This document shows positions 55,897 through 64,000 of a stretch of DNA of 64,000 nucleotides, piece after piece. This DNA is from Octopus bimaculoides (lineage: Eukaryota), in the NCBI RefSeq assembly GCF_001194135.2, contig NC_069005.1, forward strand, positions 4,857,805-4,921,804. Direction: 5' to 3'. Within the stretch, counting starts at the first letter, position 1, and each line of letters starts with the position of its first letter. The position numbers and the translations under genes are program-made. The notes below the pieces were generated by a model. The model was not told the DNA's origin. It did not search any database and saw only the letters and a list, made by a program, of their open reading frames with translations.

Positions 55897-56381
55897 GATA
55901 AGGTAAGTCACTTCTCGGAGAGATGGAGAAATTGCATTAATACCCTCCACCAAACTATGAAGAGAAACACAATTTCCTCGTCAAGATGTTTTTCGAGGAT
56001 ATTTTAGTAAACTGTTACAAACAACGGAAGCGAAGTAAAAGAAGCAATCAACCAAGAATCTGTCTGTCTGTTTGTCTATCGGCCTGTCTGTCTGTCTCTA
56101 CGTGTGCGTGTGTTTGTGTGTGTGTGTGTGCGCGCGTATGTGCATGTGTGCGCCTGTGTGTGAGTGAGTCTGATTTCTTGCGTGATTGTGTGTGTAACTT
56201 TGTACCTGTTTTAATACTTGTATACATCGGAGCCCCGTCCCCCACCCCAATGTATAGAAACACAATGATGTGTATGTGTATAAGTGTGTGTGTGTGCGTG
56301 TGTGTGTGTGTGTTTGAGAAGTGAAAACACAAAGTTAATGTAACTAAGTGCATCGTACAGAACTTAACTAAATAAATATAT

Positions 56382-56537
56382 GAGTGGCTGTGTGGTAAGC
56401 ATCTTGCTTACCAACCACATGGTTCCAGGTTCAGTCCCACTGCGTGGTATCATGGGCAAGTGCCTTCTACTATATCCTCGGGCTGACCAAAGCCTTGTGA
56501 GTGGATATGTTAGACGGAAACTGAAAGAAGCCCATCA
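56382..56537 (+). mobile_element. SINE family B head and core (continues into microsatellite and gap)
   Basis: Close match to 37613-37778. Confidence 0.85.
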
Positions 56538-57244
56538 TATATATATATGTTGTGTGTATGTATGTGTGNNNNNNNNNNNNNNNNNNNNNNNNNNNNNNNN
56601 NNNNNNNNNNNNNNNNNNNNNNNNNNNNNNNNNNNNNNNNNNNNNNNNNNNNNNNNNNNNNNNNNNNNNNNNNNNNNNNNNNNNNNNNNNNNNNNNNNNN
56701 NNNNNNNNNNNNNNNNNNNNNNNNNNNNNNNNNNNNNNNNNNNNNNNNNNNNNNNNNNNNNNNNNNNNNNNNNNNNNNNNNNNNNNNNNNNNNNNNNNNN
56801 NNNNNNNNNNNNNNNNNNNNNNNNNNNNNNNNNNNNNNNNNNNNNNNNNNNNNNNNNNNNNNNNNNNNNNNNNNNNNNNNNNNNNNNNNNNNNNNNNNNN
56901 NNNNNNNNNNNNNNNNNNNNNNNNNNNNNNNNNNNNNNNNNNNNNNNNNNNNNNNNNNNNNNNNNNNNNNNNNNNNNNNNNNNNNNNNNNNNNNNNNNNN
57001 NNNNNNNNNNNNNNNNNNNNNNNNNNNNNNNNNNNNNNNNNNNNNNNNNNNNNNNNNNNNNNNNNNNNNNNNNNNNNNNNNNNNNNNNNNNNNNNNNNNN
57101 NNNNNNNNNNNNNNNNNNNNNNNNNNNNNNNNNNNNNNNNNNNNNNNNNNNNNNNNNNNNNNNNNNNNNNNNNNNNNNNNNNNNNNNNNNNNNNNNNNNN
57201 NNNNNNNNNNNNNNNNNNNNNNNNNNNNNNNNNNNNNNNNNNNN

Positions 57245-57275
<31 letters not shown>

Positions 57276-58237
57276 TACATACATACGTATATACACTTTC
57301 CTGCACACACATATATATATAATACTACCACAGTTAAATCAATAATGATGAAGAGGAAGATATAAGTCAAACAAATAATGCTTGGAGTCAGACTATCGAA
57401 AGTATGAGACTTAAAAATAGTAAAAATATAAAGTGAAGAAGCAACAACCAAAAAAACGTACAATGAAGCTAAATGCGCCATAAGACACGGAAGAGAATTT
57501 ACCGTTTAGGGTATCGCCTTTTATCACAGAAAAATAACAGAAATTGCGAGTTGCCAGGAATACATAATACCGAAATTAAGATGTCGGCATTTATATATCA
57601 AATGTAAACTTGAGTACGTAAGTGTGTGGGAATTAGTATATGTGTGTGTGTGTGTCTGTGTGTCTGTGTCTGTATAAATATATATATATACATGTGTGTA
57701 TGTATATGTGTATATATGTATATATATAATAGATGTATGTACGTATAAATTGCTTGTGCGAACGTATATATGTGTGTACAAACAGATATATGTATATTTG
57801 TGCATATATAGACGTACGATATTTACTGAAGCAGAGACAACCAACTTTAAGAAATGTATATTGAAAAATAAAACGTTTAAACCCACTTCATAATAATCAA
57901 ATATGCGTTCATAGGAATTCACCTGTTCAATGTTAATATCCATTAAGCTGAATTGGTTAAGCAGATGATGAATTTGGAAACTTAAAGAAAGGTGAGGTAG
58001 ACGTCCTTAAGTGATGGCAATGAGATTGATTTGATGTCATGTGAAACCTTGCATTCCTGGCAGATGGGGACGTCGGAGACAAAGTAATTAAAGAGTTGTG
58101 TGACAAACACACACGCACACACACAAATATATTTATATAAACACATACAGACTCACACACACGCGTATACATATATAATTATACCTTTATTCGTATATAT
58201 GTATATATATAAATGTATGTACGCATGCTTGAGTATG

Positions 58238-58288
<51 letters not shown>

Positions 58289-59570
58289 TTGCGTATGTAT
58301 AGTTGCGCGTGTTTTCTTTGTATACATATACTTATCGAACAAACAACTTCTCGAAAATATTGTCAATGTTCTTAATGATATCTAACACGATAAGAAAAAC
58401 ACTGCAATAGCGTCATGTTGATGCAGGAAAATAAATATATATATATTTCAAATATAAGCATTAGAAAGACTTGCTATGGGTTAAATGATAAAGTAAGTAT
58501 TATCATTTTAAGAAACAGATGTATGAGAAAATACGAGAGAGTTTTTTTCCCGACGGACCTTCACACTGCGCGCCAATATCCCCAGAATTTTTCCCCAATC
58601 AAAAGTACAGACTGCCATCATTAAAATAGGCAGGATATGCTGATTATTTTTTAAATCCTCAGCAAGGTTTTGTAATGCCTAAATTTATTTCATATCAAAT
58701 TTATATCATGCTGTTCACAAAATGGGAATTTTGAGGATAATAAACCTTACAAGTCTTGTTCGTTTGCCTAATATAGCATTTCGGTGGTTCTTAGAAATGA
58801 TTGGCCGTGCCCATCTCCTCTCTAAGCGTTCAACCCTTCATTATGTTTAGCCTGGCAGCAGAAACAGTTATCATGGTGTGGCTGAGAATGGTCTCTGAGC
58901 CAAAAGAGCGATATATCCTTTTTCCATCTTTTATCTAATCCTTGTTGCAATCATCAGAATGCGGCCATTCTGGAGCACAATCTTGAAGAATTTTAGTCAA
59001 AGGAATCGACGCCAGTACTTAGTTATGTATATGCATGAATCGGTATCATACGTATATGTGTGTGCTTGCGCGGTTGGTAATTTATGCAGGAACAGTAAAC
59101 GATGAGCTTGGAAAATTAATTTTTTAATACAAATTGTAAAATGCAACAGAATGTCAAACATAATACATAAATAAATAATTAATTAAATAAATAAACAAAT
59201 GAAAATGCTTAAATCTTTTCTCGAAAATATATATAAATGAATTCTACTCTTTGTTACGAGTGAAAATTATTTCATTTCACGTAAGAATTACAATTATTAA
59301 GTAAGAACAAATAAATGTAATAGGAATTAATTATTTAATTTAAATAGCTTCGAACGTTAAAAAAATTATATATTCATCGGAAATTTCAGTAAAATTCAGC
59401 AATGGCGGAATCATTGCAAGTTTACTTGAGGTTGCATTCAAAGATATACACTTATATTCATATATACATAATATACATACATACATACATAATATACATA
59501 TATATCTATATGCATGTTTAAGTGTAGAGTGTAATGCATATTATATACAACATTTATGCATAAATGTTCG

Positions 59571-59603
<33 letters not shown>

Positions 59604-59623
59604 CATACGCATAAATATATACG

Positions 59624-59655
<32 letters not shown>

Positions 59656-60754
59656 TGGAATGATTGGAAAAAGAAAAATAGAAATGATAGAAGGCATGTA
59701 AATTTGTTCAAAAAGATTTTAAATTAGTTTTTGGGACCGTTAGCATTTTGTTTTTTTTTACATAGAAATTATTTCCTATATTCCCATGTTTCATACAAAG
59801 TCACCTGTGTATTATTTTCGTATGATATAAAACGTTACGATTAAGGTGGATTTATAAGTGATATCAATATTATTCGAAAGTATTTCCTTTACTACACATC
59901 CTGGTAACGTTAAATTTCTCCTCATCACTTGAACCACTGAAAGTGTTAATTATATACTGTTTTAAACTAATAAAGATTCGAGCCACCCCCAACAACAACA
60001 CCACCACCACCTCTCTCAGTACCGTCACCCCAGTACTTACATCATTTATTATATAACCTCCTTATCTTCAGACGATGCTGTATTCATTAATGTCTGCCAT
60101 TACTACAACAAATCTCTTCGTAATAGTGACTTCGGAGATAAAATACAATAAATGACCCCCACTAATGCTTCCGAGCGTAAAACTAGACCAATAAATATTC
60201 TACGGAATAATCCAGTTTTTGTTTTATACGTCTGAATTCGGATTGCTAGAGTCTTCTTAAAATTAATCTCTTTGCATTTACCGATAAATCTCAGACACTA
60301 TAAGCTCTTTAATAGCAATACGATTGAGGAAAGCTGTTCTTGTAAAAATTATTCAATCTCCATTAACCATTTTAAGTCTATAAACCTTTCTGACAACGAT
60401 GATATTGTCTCTTACTTCAGTTGTAAATGTAGTACATTAATTGTTAAGGTATTTACAAAATATCGAATATATTTTACGGAATTCCCGAATGTAACATTCC
60501 GACAAGGAATCATATCAGCCTGACCGACCGTTAATCATTTTAAGATTCGTTTTTATCCACCTATACATGTATTTCATAAGTTCTGACCACTCGTACATTT
60601 TTTGTGTTTATTTTACGTGTAACAGAACCTTTGGTATCTGACATTCAATAGACAATTTTCAGTCATGCTGCAGCAACTTTCCATGGTTGTTTCGTACTAA
60701 TTTCGAAAAAATGTGTTTTGACGAGAAAATATTGGTAAACGTACGACGGCAAAA

Positions 60755-61095
60755 CCTCGGGCCAATCAAAGACTTATGAGTGGATTTGGCAGGCGGAGAC
60801 TGAAAGGAGCCGGTGTAATTGTATATATATGTATATATGTATGTATATCAATTTGTGTGTGTGTGTGTGTGTGTGTATGTGTCTCTGTGTGTGTTCTGAC
60901 TGTGTTTGTCCCCTACAACTGTTTGACAACCGGTGTTGGTGTGTCTGCATCTCTGCAACCTAACGGTTCGGCAGAAGAAATAAATACCAGGGTTTAAAAA
61001 ATAAGCGCTGGGGTTAATTCATTCATCTAAAAACCCAAGGTGATGCCCCAGCAAGGCCGCAGTCTAATGACTTAAACAAGTAAGTGAAAGATAAA
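60755..61095 (+). mobile_element. SINE family B, 5'-truncated, core + (TG)n + tail
   Basis: Same module order as 2241-2665. Confidence 0.75.
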
Positions 61096-61190
61096 AGTAA
61101 CCCATCGGATTAATGTAAAATCATTTTTTATTATAATCGAATATAAAAACAAACGTATGTACAAAAATACATACAATCCTTTCAACTAAA

Positions 61191-61389
61191 GGCACAAGTC
61201 CTGAAATTTCGGCGGAGGAATTCCGTTTATATTGACCCTCAGCGTTTCACTGGTAATTAGTTTATCGACTCAGAAAGAATAAAAGGCAAAGTTGACATCA
61301 GTAGAATTTGAACTCAAAACGTAAAGACGTACGCAATGGCGCTAAGCATTTTACCGGCAGGCTAACGATTCGGCCAGCTCAGCGGCTTT
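61191..61389 (-). mobile_element. SINE family C copy
   Basis: Colinear match to 27488-27682. Confidence 0.8.
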
Positions 61390-61487
61390 ACATTAATACA
61401 TATAATAGAGTTGATAATTTTAAAGAGGAACTGAGATGAGAAATTGACATTACAATTGTTTCTGTAAACATACAATATCTTTATTCG

Positions 61488-61752
61488 ATATTTCATTCAA
61501 TATTATTCAATTCATTCAATGTTATTTAATCAATGTCATTATATATGAAAATATGTAATAATTGTATAGTCCATTGGTTTCCCCGAATCTCATGAATTGC
61601 AGGCGCCATCGATCAAATTCCTTTTGATCGATGGGGGCCTTCAAATATGACATCTGATGATGTGAATGGATTACAGAATTATTACATATTTTCAAATATT
61701 ATGACACTGATTGCATAACATTTTATGAATCGCATAACAATGTATGCGATAT
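61488..61752. repeat. 265-bp imperfect palindrome (foldback/MITE-like)
   Basis: Perfect central 12-bp stem CCATCGATCAAA/TTTGATCGATGG (61606-61634) and perfect 18-bp inner match TGAAAATATGTAATAATT/AATTATTACATATTTTCA. Arms stay complementary, with mismatches, out to the ends. Confidence 0.85.
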
Positions 61753-62508
61753 GGAATTAAAACGTATTCAGTTTGCGGAAACAATTGTAACGTCAAATTG
61801 GATCCTTCTTTTTTCATTTGAATTATTACTTTTATCATTCACACCACAAGGCTTCTTTAAAACCTCCTGGATCTTACTTTGGTGTAGTCTACTGGTCCCA
61901 CTTACATCAGTCGAAGTCATATGGGTCCGCTTTTGATTTTGGAATACTACGCAAGACAGGAACTAGCATAATGTGCTAAGGGGGTGACACCCAGGATTAA
62001 ATTATACGCTCATTATACATGCGCGCGAGTGCGTGTGTGTTTCTGTGGAGGGGTGTAATTGTATTTATGTATATTCACGAATAGGTACAATATGTGTATC
62101 AGTGAGCTTGCGCGGTTGTGAATCTATGCATGTACAGGAAACGGAAAGCTAAAGAAAATAATTTCAAATACAGAATGAAAACTGCAACAGAATGTTAAAC
62201 ATAATGGAAGAATAAACATATTTTGAAAGAAGTGACAAAGGAATAAGTAATTGTCATGAACGTCATTGGCGTACAGCAGTTTCTGCTACGAGATGCAATG
62301 TGATCAGATTTGAGTGCTCGTGCATCATCCTATAGCTTCATCGGAGCTTCACAAATTTGAGGTTCATGCCATAATTATTCCCTGATTATTTACTTAATTT
62401 CTTATATTACTGCTGTATACTTGAATGGCTCTTTCTGCTGAAGCATATGCATATAGAGTTCTAACACAAGGTTATTAGTATTCATATGCCTTAAGAAAAT
62501 TAACAGTA

Positions 62509-62603
<95 letters not shown>

Positions 62604-63570
62604 GTATACGTAATACATATATAGATGTATATATATGCGTGTGTGTATTTGTGTTTGTGTCTGTGTAGGTGTTTGCGAGCGCACAAACACACCAAGCCAA
62701 GGCTTGAATTAAAATGACTTCAAAGAATCCCGCCTTATTTGCGCCTAAAATTCCTTAAGCTAACATTTGTATTAGCTTCCAAATACTTTCTGCTGATACG
62801 TATAGATTTCATTTATGTTTTTACATGGAAGCATTCAATGGCTGTATTAATTAGAAATGTTAAATTAGATTAATCTCGTAGTAGCTTATAAGAAGAGAGA
62901 AAACGACAAACACTGACAATTATTGAGTGATAATTTCTCTTGCAAATACATACATGTCGAAAGAAATTAAACATAATAAACCAATGATATCATAGTCTCG
63001 CTATATATATATATGATTTTACACTTTAACCTGATCCTACAAATATGGTGGAGTGTCATTGACGATTTTAATTCCTAATGAAGTATTATCGTTGCTTGCA
63101 AGAATGGAATCTCGGGTTCGAGAAAATTAACGTGAATTCTAATTAAAACAATTGATTGTGAGCATTCATAATATTGAATATTCATATTTTCGACATCATA
63201 ACCAACGTACACACATACGTACCCACATGAAGGCTACTCCATCCATCATATATANNNNNNNNNNNNNNNNNNNNNNNNNNNNNNNNNNNNNNNNNNNNNN
63301 NNNNNNNNNNNNNNNNNNNNNNNNNNNNNNNNNNNNNNNNNNNNNNNNNNNNNNNNNNNNNNNNNNNNNNNNNNNNNNNNNNNNNNNNNNNNNNNNNNNN
63401 NNNNNNNNNNNNNNNNNNNNNNNNNNNNNNNNNNNNNNNNNNNNNNNNNNNNNNNNNNNNNNNNNNNNNNNNNNNNNNNNNNNNNNNNNNNNNNNNNNNN
63501 NNNNNNNNNNNNNNNNNNNNNNNNNNNNNNNNNNNNNNNNNNNNNNNNNNNNNNNNNNNNNNNNNNNNNN

Positions 63571-63653
<83 letters not shown>

Positions 63654-63955
63654 TCCTATGATCCAATAACGTTACTTGAAAGGACAAAATAAAATGTATA
63701 TTTGAATACATCTACGTAGAAAATATACCCTAGGATATTCCTGTAGTGATAGGTCTTATCAAGTTCGAATACACATCAACATCTTAAACATGCTAGTAAC
63801 AAAGTTGATATAAACGGGGATTGAACATAGGAGGCTAAGAAGCGGAAAAGATATCGTAAGGTATAAAATCTGGAGCCCGAATGGATTAGATGCAAATGCA
63901 AAGGTTTTCTCGAGCCATACACAATAGATAGACACAAACACATACACAGCCGCAT

Positions 63956-64000
<45 letters not shown>

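Noticed and set aside
55730-55910. Acidic GAG/GAT run ending in AAG|GTAAGT
   Set aside because: No acceptor upstream ((AAT)n only), and such trinucleotide fields are common here. The donor is probably chance.

Overview
AT-rich eukaryotic (animal) draft-assembly DNA. About 10 kb of the 64 kb is N, in roughly 23 gaps that mostly open at (TA)n, (CA)n or (GA)n tracts. The microsatellite load and tRNA-derived SINE families look octopus/cephalopod-like; this is inference, not proven. Two protein-coding genes are supportable, both on the minus strand. (1) A four-exon divergent Q50 homeobox gene, join 28946-28718, 27099-26308, 25644-25447, 25238-24766, 563 aa, with all splice sites GT-AG and phase-consistent. 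(2) An intronless class A GPCR, 41911-40940, 323 aa. It carries a Lys at the exact position of the opsin retinal-binding Lys296 and an Asp at the rhodopsin-94 position, although it otherwise looks like a non-opsin orphan receptor. The rest is repeat: at least five tRNA-headed SINE-like families, and decayed Chapaev/CMC-like, RTE, Tx1/L1, mariner and Helentron-like pieces. One tRNA-Arg-headed element carries a minimal Penelope-type hammerhead ribozyme, with a second inverted copy 1.3 kb away. There is also a 265-bp palindrome and long trinucleotide mosaics. Almost all ORFs in the supplied track are microsatellite or gap read-through. No rRNA, intact tRNA or CRISPR array was found.
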